In this document: positions 9,952-18,753 of the stretch, piece by piece
How the letters are laid out: every line of letters begins with the position of its first letter
Numbering within the stretch: position 1 is the stretch's first letter
Origin: Deltaproteobacteria bacterium
Lineage (GTDB): Bacteria; Myxococcota_A; UBA9160; JAJDAL01
DNA length: 64,000 nt
Direction: 5' to 3'
Assembly (NCBI GenBank): GCA_029261875.1
Contig: JAJDAL010000033.1
Span: 143,830 to 207,829, forward strand
Translations under genes and position numbers: made by a program
Notes under the pieces: model-generated
Databases searched by the model: none
What the model was told of the DNA's origin: nothing
The model's input: the letters and a program-made list of their open reading frames with translations, nothing else

Positions 9952-10121
9952 CGAACGTCACCAGCCAAGCCCAACCGGGCGCATACGCCCTTTCCGAGTG
10001 TTCAAATCTGTTGAATCTCGGCAAAACATGATCGAACAAATGATTTTCCGTGATTACCCGCGGCTCTCAATCGTAACTTGTGATATTCGCTGCAGCTCAT
10101 TTACGCTTGGGGAGATTCGTC

Positions 10122-10631
10122 ATGCTGAACCCACGCAGCCCGCAAACCCGTCGCGTCGTTAAACGAACGGTCGCCGCACTCATTTGCCTGATACTCCCAT
10201 CCTTCCTGCTCGTCACCCCTGAAACGGTACATGACTGGGTCCTAGAACGAGTTCGCAAACGGGAACGCGTCGCCAAGGAGATCGCGCGTCAGCGTCGCCC
10301 CCTCACGAATCAGGCACCCGATGCGAGCGAAAAACTAGACGACGTCTATGTAACTGTTCGCAAGGCCCTCGCGAGAACGAACGTCGGCAAAGATGGTTCC
10401 GGTACGGACCGCAGCAGCCGTCCGAATGACGAGACCCTCCAAGACATCATCCACCGCATCCAAGCACCGCCTCGGGACTCTGAGGAACACCGTGCCCTCA
10501 TCGAAGAGAGACAGAAACTTCGTCGACGTCTCGTGACCCGGGGTGGCACCGAAACCCTCGCCAAAGCCAACCCCAATCTCCGCGAGCCTTCCCTCGTGCC
10601 CCTCCCAGTGCGACTCCGGGAGGGGAACTAG
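10122..10631 (+). CDS. hypothetical membrane-anchored, highly charged protein immediately upstream of the RHS gene
   Basis: ATG 10122 is preceded by GGGGAG 8 nt upstream; the track ORF starts earlier, at GTG 10080. MLNPRSPQTRRVVKRTVAALICLILPSFLLVTP is a basic N-region plus one TM helix. The rest is Arg/Glu-rich. The stop at 10631 lies 2 nt before the RHS ATG. Confidence 0.5.
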   Translation: MLNPRSPQTRRVVKRTVAALICLILPSFLLVTPETVHDWVLERVRKRERVAKEIARQRRPLTNQAPDASEKLDDVYVTVRKALARTNVGKDGSGTDRSSRPNDETLQDIIHRIQAPPRDSEEHRALIEERQKLRRRLVTRGGTETLAKANPNLREPSLVPLPVRLREGN

Positions 10632-10633
10632 CC

Positions 10634-13600
10634 ATGGGAGTTCTAAAGCGAACACTCGTCGGCATTCTCGCTCTCCTCGGCCTCGCGTCGACGGCGACTG
10701 GCCAAAACTCGACCGAGGCGTCTCAAGGCGTCAACGGCTTTTTTGGTTCGTTCTCGACCGAAATTCCGATCGAGGTACCGCCCTTTCACGGCATCCAGCC
10801 CCGAATCAAGTTGGTGTACAACTCCGGTTCCCAAAACGGCTGGGTGGGTGTGGGGTGGAACGCTGCCGCGACGTCGATCGTCCAGAGAACTTCCGCGCGC
10901 CGCGGAGCTCCGAAGTACGACACCACCGACATCTACATGATCGACGGAATGGAGCTGGTTCCCTGCACGACGCAGGGCGGAACTCACTGCACTCGAATCC
11001 AGAACTTTGCGCGGGTTGAGCGCAACGAAGCGAGCGACCACTGGACCGCCACTGGCACCAACGGAAACGTCGCGGTCTACGAACCCCTGCTTTCCATCGC
11101 AGAGGGAACGTTTCGGTGGGCGTTGACCAGCGTCACGGACCCCCTCGGGCACACGGTCGACTACGAGTACTGGTGCGACGGACAGGACTGCTACCTGGAC
11201 CGAATTTCGTACACAGGTGCAGAAATTCAGTTCCTTAGCGAAACGCGCCCCGACCCGATTCCGTTTGGAAACGGAAAGTGGATCAACCGCACAAACTACC
11301 GCCTCAAGGCGATTGACGTGCGAGTCTTTGGTTCCACCGCCAGAGCATACCAGCTCGACTACGACACGGGATCGAGCACAGGACGATCTCGGTTGATCAA
11401 CGTTCAGCTATTCGGAAATGACGCCCTAGTCAACGGAACCCAAATATCGGGGACCAGCTTCCCCCCGCAAACCCACAGCTATCAAGAGCTCCAGAACGCC
11501 AACTACGGAGGTGGCCCCGCGTGGGCAACAATTCTCAACAACGGCGGAAACCAATTTCAACCTGGGCAGACGCGTGTAGTCGACATTTCGGGAGACGGAT
11601 TCGACGACCTAATCTTTCAAGATGACCTGAATGCGTTCCACGTCGCTCTTTCCACGGGAACGGATTTTTCGTCACCACAGACTCCAACCATCGACCACGG
11701 AGGCGGATTCGAAGCGGGGCGGGCCCACTATGCCGATGTCAACGGCGACGGGCGGAGTGACCTCATTTTCCAAGGAAACAGCAACGAGTTCTATGTTTCG
11801 TTGTCGGACGGATCCAACTTCCTTCCGGGTGCAATCTGGGAAGATCATGATGGATCCTTCGTCTACGGCCAGGCTCAGTTCGGCGACGCAAACGGGGACG
11901 GACTCGCAGACCTCATTTTCCAAGGTAATGACAACGCCTTCAATGTTTCGCTTTCCTCCGGGACTGACTTCATGCCGTCTTCCGTATGGGGGCAGCACGG
12001 TGGCGACTTTGTCAGTGGACAGGCTCAGTACGCCGACTTCAATGGCGACGGCATGATCGACCTCGCGATGCAAACCGACAATGGTCCAACCCTGACTCAG
12101 TTCCACATCTGGCTTTCGGACGGCACTCAGTTTGTCGGAAGCCCGAGCTGGGGAGGACACGGCGAGCAATTTCAACCCGGTCAGGCCGCCTACGCGGACG
12201 TCAACGGCGACGGAATGTCAGATCTGATATTTCACGCAAACAACAACATCTGGTGGGTCAATCTTTCGCGCGGAACCACCTTCGACGGTGCAAATCATTG
12301 GTTCAGTCAGCCGGGGTCGTCCGAGCCCGGCCGAACCGGATACGGCGACTTCAACGGCGACGGCCGTGTCGACATTTCCGTCCAATTGTCCGGCACGGGG
12401 CAACAGTTTTTGATTGGACTATCAAACGGCCTTCAGTTTGTCCATTCCGGCGCGTGGATCGGCCACGGGGGCGGATACGTCAACGGTGCAATGACGTACG
12501 GCGACGTCAACGGCGATCGCCTTACGGATTTTGTCTACCGAGGCGGCTCCGACTACTGGGTCAACAACAGCCTCGGTGAAATTCCCGACCTGCTATCCGC
12601 TGTCGACAACGGGCGAGGGGGAAGTACGCAGGTCGTCTACGACCCATCGACGCGGTGGAATACGACACCAGGAACCGAGCTCCCACTGGGACTAATCCAA
12701 CCAGTTGTTTCTTCGGTGATCTCTTCGGATGGACGAACCAACCCTTCGACGACCGACTACTTTTACGAGGGAGCAAAGTGGGAGTCGACTGAACGTCGGT
12801 TCCTGGGGTTCCACACGACAACCGAAGTCATGACAGCGGTTGGCAGCTACGCGATCACGGAGTTCCTTCAGAACGCCTACGCGATCAACAAGCCCGCACA
12901 GCGGTGGTTGTTCGGGCCGAACGACGAACTCCTCTCAGGCGAGATGCTCCAGTACACAGAGAACACCGAAAACCCACCCTTTACATCGCTTCTCACATCA
13001 CGCTGGCAATATGAATGCAACGGCGTTCCCACAATCACGCAGTGTCGGGAGACTCGAATTGATTTTGCGTACGACATCTATGGGAATGTCTATGAAACAG
13101 TGGAGCACGGAGACACCAACGTTATCGGTGACGAACGCATGCGCACACGTGGACACTTTCCGAACACGGTCGACTACCTCGTTGGATTCCCCGCCTTCGA
13201 AGAGGTTTTCGAGGGGATGGGCGACCCTGGAACGCTTCTCCTCGTGCAACGCTCCGAGAATCTCTACGACGGAAACACTGCAATAGATCAACCGCCGACA
13301 GACGGACTCGTCACCTCGAAACGCCGACTGAAGGATGGCGGCGGCTTCGCTGAATCGTTCTACACATACGATTCCCACGGAAACGTGAAGACGGAAGCCG
13401 ACGAACGCGGGCACCAGACTACGTACCAATGGGACACGAAGGTCTACCAGTACGAGACATCGCGTTGTAACGGATTTGACCACTGTGTCACAGAGACGCA
13501 CGACCTTGACTTCAGTACGGTCCGCTTCTCGACGGATGAGAATGGGATAGCAACTGAATTTCGCTACGACGCCCTAGGGCGAATAGTAGACATCATTCGC

Positions 13601-16423
13601 GTTGATGGGACCAACCGATCGTTCCAATACCTCGATACGGGCGACCCGAACCTACAACGCGTTCGTGAAACAGCATACGACGGAACCCCAGATGGACTCT
13701 GGACGGAGAAATACCAGGACGGCCTTGGTCGGGTATTCAAGACCGTCCGGGAAGGACCGATAGAGGGTGGCCAGCCTACGACTCTTGTTCAAGAAACCAT
13801 CTATGACGGGTCCTCCACGCGCGCCCTGCAGCGATCGCTATGGCACCGAGGAACCGAATCACCGCGCTTCGTCACTTTCTCTTACGACGCCGCGCTTCGC
13901 CCCCGAATCGTCACCAACCCGGATCTTTCTGAGCGCGAAACCCTATATGGACTAATTTTTGGCATTCCAGTCGAAACTCGATCGGATGAAAACGGGAATC
14001 AAACGATTTACCTCAAGGACGCCTATGGACGCACCGCCGCGATTTTCGAAAGCGACGGTGAAACGACGATCCCGACAACATTCAACTACGACTCCCTCGA
14101 CCGTGTCGTCAGCACCCTGACCGACAAGGAGATTACGGTCACATGGAACCTCCTCGGCGAGCGCACCGAGCTCTGCGACCCCAACTTCGGGTGCGTGACG
14201 CACACCTACGAGGCAGGCGGTCTACTCGCCGTAAGGACCGACGCCAAGAATCAGACCCTCACTTATGACTACGATGCCATCGGTCGCGTCCGATTCGAAG
14301 CCTCGTCTGACGGCGATGTCCACGAGTGGCGGTATGACGAAGCGAACCATGGGTACAGCGCTGGGCGCCTCACGACCATTCTCTATCCCGCCGGCTCCGA
14401 GTCCTTTGAATATGACACGTTTGGTCGAGAGACGGCTGTCACGCGAACGATCGCGGGCGCAGGATCGAAGACATTCCTTGCTGCTTATGGCGCCACCAGT
14501 CGACTCGAATCGCTGACCTATCCAGACAGCGAAATCGTCACCTACCAATATGATGAGTCGGGCCGACTGTCGTCCGTCCCCGGGTATGCTCCAACCCTCG
14601 AATGGTCACCTAGCGGGCAGCTGAGACAGATCGAATACGCAAACGGGACAACCTCGCGGTTCGACTATGACCAAGACCGACTCTGGCTCGATCGCTCCCG
14701 AGTCGACGGCCCCCGCGGAAACTATTACGACGTTTCGTACGAATACGACGTCGGTGCTCGCCTCGTGACAAGCAATTCGACGCTGAACCCCGAGATGAAC
14801 CTCGGCTACCAATACGATCCCCTAAACCGACTAATTGGGGTTACAGGCTCCCAGTCCCAGTCGTTCGACTACGGCACGCGGGGCAACACGCTCTACAACA
14901 GCTCCCTGGGAGACTATTTCTACGAAGCCGCCGCTCACCCTCATGCTGTCACACGCGTAGGCGACAAGAACTATCAGTACGATACAAACGGAAATTTAAA
15001 ACGAATGTGGCTTTCGACCGGCAGCGGAAGCTGCGGCCAGAATACGATAGCGACCCTTACGTGGAGCGGCCGAGACCGGCTCGAATCAATCGACAAGCTG
15101 GGTGCACTCGTTGAGTTCGCTTACGACAGCGAGAACATCCGCGTGCGAAAGACGACTGCCACGGGGAGCACTTACTATTTTGGTGACATCCTCGAGGTCC
15201 TCGAGGACGGAACCGAAGTCAAGTACTACAACGCGGCAGGGATACTTATCGCGAAAAGAGTTGGCTCAGATCCGTTCTGGTTCCACGCGGATCGCCTCGG
15301 TTCTCCCAAGCTAATCACCGACGCACAAGGCCAAATCGCATCGTCTTTCGAGTACTCCTCCTTTGGGGAAGAAACAACGATGTCTGGCTCGATGGCCAGT
15401 GGACGCGGATATACGGGACACCGTCTCGACTCCGAAACCGGTCTCGTGTATATGAACGCGCGATACTACGACCCCGAGCTGGGACGATTCATTTCCTCTG
15501 ACGATTTCGTTCCCAACCCGAACAACCCGCAAACGTTCAACAAGTACGCCTACGCAGACAACAATCCTATTTCCAACGTCGATCCCAGCGGAAACAACGC
15601 CAAAGACATCATCACGAAGATCGCTGCCGTTTTCCTCGCAGTGTTCCTACCGCCCGGATATGCGCTTCTCGTGGGCGTGATTGGGTTGGGACTTTCAATA
15701 GCCGGTTTCGCGACCGAGAACCCAACACTTGTTTTTATCGGGCAAATTCTCCTTGGAGTCGCGGCGACAAATCTAGTTGGTGGAAATCTTCTATCACCGG
15801 CTGGCAATCCAGGCACAAGCCCAGGCTGGCCGCATTTTGGGGGAACTTTCTCTGATGGAGGTACGGGGAACACGACCAACAAGATTCGAGAAGCCGTCGA
15901 CGCTGTCGACAAAGCTAGGGAAATTTCTCAAGCGGTTGGCGAGAAACGCAAAGAAACCGCGAAAGACGACGCGGCCGCCAACCTGGCACTTGATCAGCTT
16001 CGAAAATACAATCCAATTTCGGTCGAAACCGACACTGAGTATGGCGGTTTTATCTATGAATTTGGAGATGGAACGTTGGGCGCAACGCCATCGGTGTCGT
16101 CTCCTTGCCTCGGGGGAACCAGCTGTGAGCTTCCGTTGGGGGACCTAGCTGAGTCGATCCCGGATGACGCCTCAATCATTCTCGACTGGCATACGCATGG
16201 GGCGGCACCCGCCACGAACCCGATGCGCTGGGAGCGATTCAGCAGGAATGATGTGATGGGAACCAATCAATTGGGGTCCTCTTATGGAACGTTCCGGGGT
16301 TCTTACCTTGGCACACCTCAAGGACGCGTCTACTTCTTGCCTCCGGGACGAATCTCGGGATCTCAATGGTCCGAGCGAGCGATTCGGCAGGCGCAACAAT
16401 ATCAAGGGAGAATCCCAAGGTGA
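10634..16423 (+). CDS. SpvB-N / FG-GAP propeller / RHS (YD-repeat) polymorphic toxin with a variable C-terminal domain
   Basis: 1929 aa. Signal peptide MGVLKRTLVGILALLGLASTATGQ. SpvB-type N-domain (SFSTEIPIEVPPFHGIQPRIKLVYNSGSQNGWVGVGWNAAATSIVQRTSARRGAPKYD). Seven FG-GAP/VCBS repeats. Many YD repeats (YDALGR, YDSLDRV, YDAIGRV, YDESGRL, YDPLNRL...). RHS core end: YMNARYYDPELGRFISSDDFVPNPNNPQTFNKYAYADNNPISNVDPSGN. Confidence 0.92.
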   Translation: MGVLKRTLVGILALLGLASTATGQNSTEASQGVNGFFGSFSTEIPIEVPPFHGIQPRIKLVYNSGSQNGWVGVGWNAAATSIVQRTSARRGAPKYDTTDIYMIDGMELVPCTTQGGTHCTRIQNFARVERNEASDHWTATGTNGNVAVYEPLLSIAEGTFRWALTSVTDPLGHTVDYEYWCDGQDCYLDRISYTGAEIQFLSETRPDPIPFGNGKWINRTNYRLKAIDVRVFGSTARAYQLDYDTGSSTGRSRLINVQLFGNDALVNGTQISGTSFPPQTHSYQELQNANYGGGPAWATILNNGGNQFQPGQTRVVDISGDGFDDLIFQDDLNAFHVALSTGTDFSSPQTPTIDHGGGFEAGRAHYADVNGDGRSDLIFQGNSNEFYVSLSDGSNFLPGAIWEDHDGSFVYGQAQFGDANGDGLADLIFQGNDNAFNVSLSSGTDFMPSSVWGQHGGDFVSGQAQYADFNGDGMIDLAMQTDNGPTLTQFHIWLSDGTQFVGSPSWGGHGEQFQPGQAAYADVNGDGMSDLIFHANNNIWWVNLSRGTTFDGANHWFSQPGSSEPGRTGYGDFNGDGRVDISVQLSGTGQQFLIGLSNGLQFVHSGAWIGHGGGYVNGAMTYGDVNGDRLTDFVYRGGSDYWVNNSLGEIPDLLSAVDNGRGGSTQVVYDPSTRWNTTPGTELPLGLIQPVVSSVISSDGRTNPSTTDYFYEGAKWESTERRFLGFHTTTEVMTAVGSYAITEFLQNAYAINKPAQRWLFGPNDELLSGEMLQYTENTENPPFTSLLTSRWQYECNGVPTITQCRETRIDFAYDIYGNVYETVEHGDTNVIGDERMRTRGHFPNTVDYLVGFPAFEEVFEGMGDPGTLLLVQRSENLYDGNTAIDQPPTDGLVTSKRRLKDGGGFAESFYTYDSHGNVKTEADERGHQTTYQWDTKVYQYETSRCNGFDHCVTETHDLDFSTVRFSTDENGIATEFRYDALGRIVDIIRVDGTNRSFQYLDTGDPNLQRVRETAYDGTPDGLWTEKYQDGLGRVFKTVREGPIEGGQPTTLVQETIYDGSSTRALQRSLWHRGTESPRFVTFSYDAALRPRIVTNPDLSERETLYGLIFGIPVETRSDENGNQTIYLKDAYGRTAAIFESDGETTIPTTFNYDSLDRVVSTLTDKEITVTWNLLGERTELCDPNFGCVTHTYEAGGLLAVRTDAKNQTLTYDYDAIGRVRFEASSDGDVHEWRYDEANHGYSAGRLTTILYPAGSESFEYDTFGRETAVTRTIAGAGSKTFLAAYGATSRLESLTYPDSEIVTYQYDESGRLSSVPGYAPTLEWSPSGQLRQIEYANGTTSRFDYDQDRLWLDRSRVDGPRGNYYDVSYEYDVGARLVTSNSTLNPEMNLGYQYDPLNRLIGVTGSQSQSFDYGTRGNTLYNSSLGDYFYEAAAHPHAVTRVGDKNYQYDTNGNLKRMWLSTGSGSCGQNTIATLTWSGRDRLESIDKLGALVEFAYDSENIRVRKTTATGSTYYFGDILEVLEDGTEVKYYNAAGILIAKRVGSDPFWFHADRLGSPKLITDAQGQIASSFEYSSFGEETTMSGSMASGRGYTGHRLDSETGLVYMNARYYDPELGRFISSDDFVPNPNNPQTFNKYAYADNNPISNVDPSGNNAKDIITKIAAVFLAVFLPPGYALLVGVIGLGLSIAGFATENPTLVFIGQILLGVAATNLVGGNLLSPAGNPGTSPGWPHFGGTFSDGGTGNTTNKIREAVDAVDKAREISQAVGEKRKETAKDDAAANLALDQLRKYNPISVETDTEYGGFIYEFGDGTLGATPSVSSPCLGGTSCELPLGDLAESIPDDASIILDWHTHGAAPATNPMRWERFSRNDVMGTNQLGSSYGTFRGSYLGTPQGRVYFLPPGRISGSQWSERAIRQAQQYQGRIPR
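11582..12545 (+). other. seven tandem FG-GAP/VCBS-like Ca-binding repeats inside the RHS protein (probable 7-bladed propeller)
   Basis: DISGDGFDDLIFQ, DVNGDGRSDLIFQ, DANGDGLADLIFQ, DFNGDGMIDLAMQ, DVNGDGMSDLIFH, DFNGDGRVDISVQ, DVNGDRLTDFVYR, at a period of roughly 45-50 aa. Confidence 0.8.
15593..16420 (+). other. RHS C-terminal variable (payload) domain downstream of the DPSG core boundary
   Basis: 276 aa after ...NVDPSG (15581-15592). Two hydrophobic TM-like stretches: IITKIAAVFLAVFLPPGYALLVGVIGLGLSIAGF and PTLVFIGQILLGVAATNLVGG. A soluble region follows, with EYGGFIYE (from 16037), WHTHG (16187-16201) and FSRND (16238-16252). Confidence 0.7.
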
Positions 16424-16833
16424 TTCGAACAAATCGAGCTTGTTCATCTGTACTATTTTCACTTCTGCTCGCCACGTCGTGGTCGGCGCACGCCGAGTCT
16501 CCTGCTCCCCACGACCCCGCGGAGAACTATCCCGAAGCTATCGAGCAGGTGACGGTTTCATCCAAACTGCTTGCCGCATTCCTTGCCGCATACGAGGCCG
16601 ACCGAACTTGGACCAAGCAGAAAGAGGGCATAGATCTCTCACTCGCCGAGTTTGTCCGCCGAAACGACCGCGTGTTCTTGACGAAACTCGCCGACGGAAC
16701 GTTCGACATTCAGATGGGAGGAGATTCCAAAGGAGACATGTCCGCGAAGCCAATGCGGTTTCCCAAACTGGGACGGCGATACATCCTTGATGGCTCAAAT
16801 TTCTCGGTGATCGAGAGCTTCTTTGACAGGTGA
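16420..16833 (+). CDS. putative cognate immunity protein (exported), no recognised family
   Basis: GTG 16420 overlaps the RHS stop (GTGA), with GGGAG 9-13 nt upstream. VIRTNRACSSVLFSLLLATSWSAHA|ESP reads as a Sec signal peptide with an AHA cleavage site. Its position directly 3' of the RHS toxin fits the usual toxin-immunity order. The track ORF starts at 16366, inside the RHS gene. Confidence 0.5.
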   Translation: MIRTNRACSSVLFSLLLATSWSAHAESPAPHDPAENYPEAIEQVTVSSKLLAAFLAAYEADRTWTKQKEGIDLSLAEFVRRNDRVFLTKLADGTFDIQMGGDSKGDMSAKPMRFPKLGRRYILDGSNFSVIESFFDR

Positions 16834-16880
16834 CTTTCGTGGGCACGGTCGAGGTTGACGGGTTCAGGAGGCTGAGCGAA

Positions 16881-18335
16881 CTAGAGAATTGGAACCGTTC
16901 TCAACGAGGTATTGGGCATTTCCCGCGCCTCCTGAATGAGACCCGCCCGCCCTATGGGGTCAACCATCCCCGAGCCCCCACCGTGGGTCGCCCTAATCCA
17001 CGGTCGCCTCGTCTCAATCGCCCTGAACGTCGCGGCCGCAAGGTGCTGTAGCGACTCACTGGGTGAGTGGAACCACGAATCGCTTACGAGAGCGATGTAC
17101 ACATCGGGGATAAGCCGACTCATTTTCATGATATGGTCTTTGTCAAGATCTTCCGAGCAAATTGCAGGAGCGATAACTATCGAACCAAACGGAATCGTTT
17201 CCACTCGTCGCCCGTAAGCGAGGACCGGCGCATCGGGAAGTCTTCGTCGAATTTTTTCGCTTGCCCGAGGGAACCTCGTTTCCGCGAAGGGAGTTTCCGC
17301 AACCGGAACCAGCTGAACCTTGTCATATCGCCCTAGGATTTCTCCACTTTCCCCTACAAGAACGGCCGAGTTCCATACGCGCTCGGTCCCAATTTCGTGC
17401 GTGAGAGTGCCGAACAAGATGGGGACGTTGGTTCCCCGACGCTGAGCCCAAGGATGGTGCTCCGAAAAAATTCGCGTCGCAGCGCGATCCATTCGGTACG
17501 GCCAGACTGCCTCGGGCCAAACCACGAGGTCTGCACCCATATCCGCGAGATCCTTCGTTCCCTTACGAAGGACCTCGACGTATTCCTGAGCGCGCTCCTG
17601 GCGTTCCGAGAGGGTGAGGTGTCCGAATCCTGGTTCGACGATGCCCACTCGAATCGTTTGAGCTGACTCCATCGAACGCATGACTTGGTAGGCTCGAATC
17701 AATCCACTCGCTTGGACCAACCCAAACACGGCGAGCGCCAACCCGGTCAATCGGTAGAGCGCTACTCCGTTCCGCCAAGCGACGAAGCATTCTCCCACGA
17801 TGACGTTCGCCAACACGATGAGCGCAACGACGGCTGAAGTGCCTCCCCACTCGGCGACCTGAATCAGCGGCCAGAGGCGCCACCAGAGAATCGCGAGGTC
17901 CCACTCGAACAGAGGCGGAGGAAACGAGCTCGAAACCATTGCGACGACCGGTGCTGCAACCAGCCATGGAATCCGCTCCCGTCGGCCCACAACAAGCCGG
18001 GTCAACCCTGCCCAGATTCCAAGCTGAAGACCGTGGTATGCGCAAAGAAGCATTGCTCCGAGGAGCGCGACCGGAATCGGGAGGTCCGCGAACCGCATGA
18101 GAGTCGGCGTCCACCACCAACACCCGACAAAGTTCACGACGAAGCCCGTGACCCAACCCGCCTTGAAAGAAGCCCCCACCCTTAATCCGCGGATAGCGAT
18201 CCAAAGAGGAATCAGGCAAACGAACGAGAAGATCCAGACGTCGTAGGGAGGGGCGGCGACGACAACGAGGCCGCCAGACAGGAGCGAGTGGTAGATCCAG
18301 GGGTGCTGAGGAAGCCAGCTGCGTCTGCCGTGCAC
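16881..18335 (-). CDS. lnt: apolipoprotein N-acyltransferase
   Basis: 484 aa. Polytopic N-terminal half plus a CN-hydrolase domain with an E-K-C triad context: VVWPEAVWPY, RYDKVQLVPVAETPF, IAPAICSEDL. Confidence 0.8.
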   Translation of the reverse strand: MHGRRSWLPQHPWIYHSLLSGGLVVVAAPPYDVWIFSFVCLIPLWIAIRGLRVGASFKAGWVTGFVVNFVGCWWWTPTLMRFADLPIPVALLGAMLLCAYHGLQLGIWAGLTRLVVGRRERIPWLVAAPVVAMVSSSFPPPLFEWDLAILWWRLWPLIQVAEWGGTSAVVALIVLANVIVGECFVAWRNGVALYRLTGLALAVFGLVQASGLIRAYQVMRSMESAQTIRVGIVEPGFGHLTLSERQERAQEYVEVLRKGTKDLADMGADLVVWPEAVWPYRMDRAATRIFSEHHPWAQRRGTNVPILFGTLTHEIGTERVWNSAVLVGESGEILGRYDKVQLVPVAETPFAETRFPRASEKIRRRLPDAPVLAYGRRVETIPFGSIVIAPAICSEDLDKDHIMKMSRLIPDVYIALVSDSWFHSPSESLQHLAAATFRAIETRRPWIRATHGGGSGMVDPIGRAGLIQEAREMPNTSLRTVPIL

Positions 18336-18728
18336 CGGACAATCGTAACACGCGAATCGATGGGACTAAATGGCGGAATCCGCACTCAGCCCTGGAAATC
18401 AAAGGAATTCAAACAGATCTCGACCGCCGAGTCGGTGCCCTGGATGCTCTTGCGCTGTACCAACTGAATCCGGTTGCTCAAGGTCGTTGAGTTCCCACAT
18501 CGAAGCCATGTGAAAGCCGGCTACACCAGCTTCTCCATGCTATGCCTCGGATACCCGGCTGCGATTTTTGCCACGGAGGGCGCGACCGAGTACAACCAGG
18601 CTCGTCAGCTTGAACTTTATCTGGGAGGATCCCGCCAGCGCCTTCGGACCCTTCCGGGTCGATCTCGAGAGCTGCTCGACCAGCCAGCACGTCTGGTGCG
18701 TGGAGGACTGGAACTGACGGGAGAATTC

Positions 18729-18753
18729 GTGGAGGCGGCGGGAATCGAACCCG
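18729..18753 (-). repeat. 25-nt exact copy of the ssrA 3' end (att-like remnant), direct repeat of 26576-26600
   Basis: GTGGAGGCGGCGGGAATCGAACCCG occurs at both positions in the same orientation, with mismatched flanking bases on both sides. The copy at 18729 cannot be folded into a tRNA or tmRNA. Confidence 0.75.

Noticed and set aside
18440-18480. GTACCAACTGAATCC, reminiscent of a tRNA D-arm on the minus strand
   Set aside because: No TTCGAAT-type T-loop, and no complementary stems around it. Not a tRNA.
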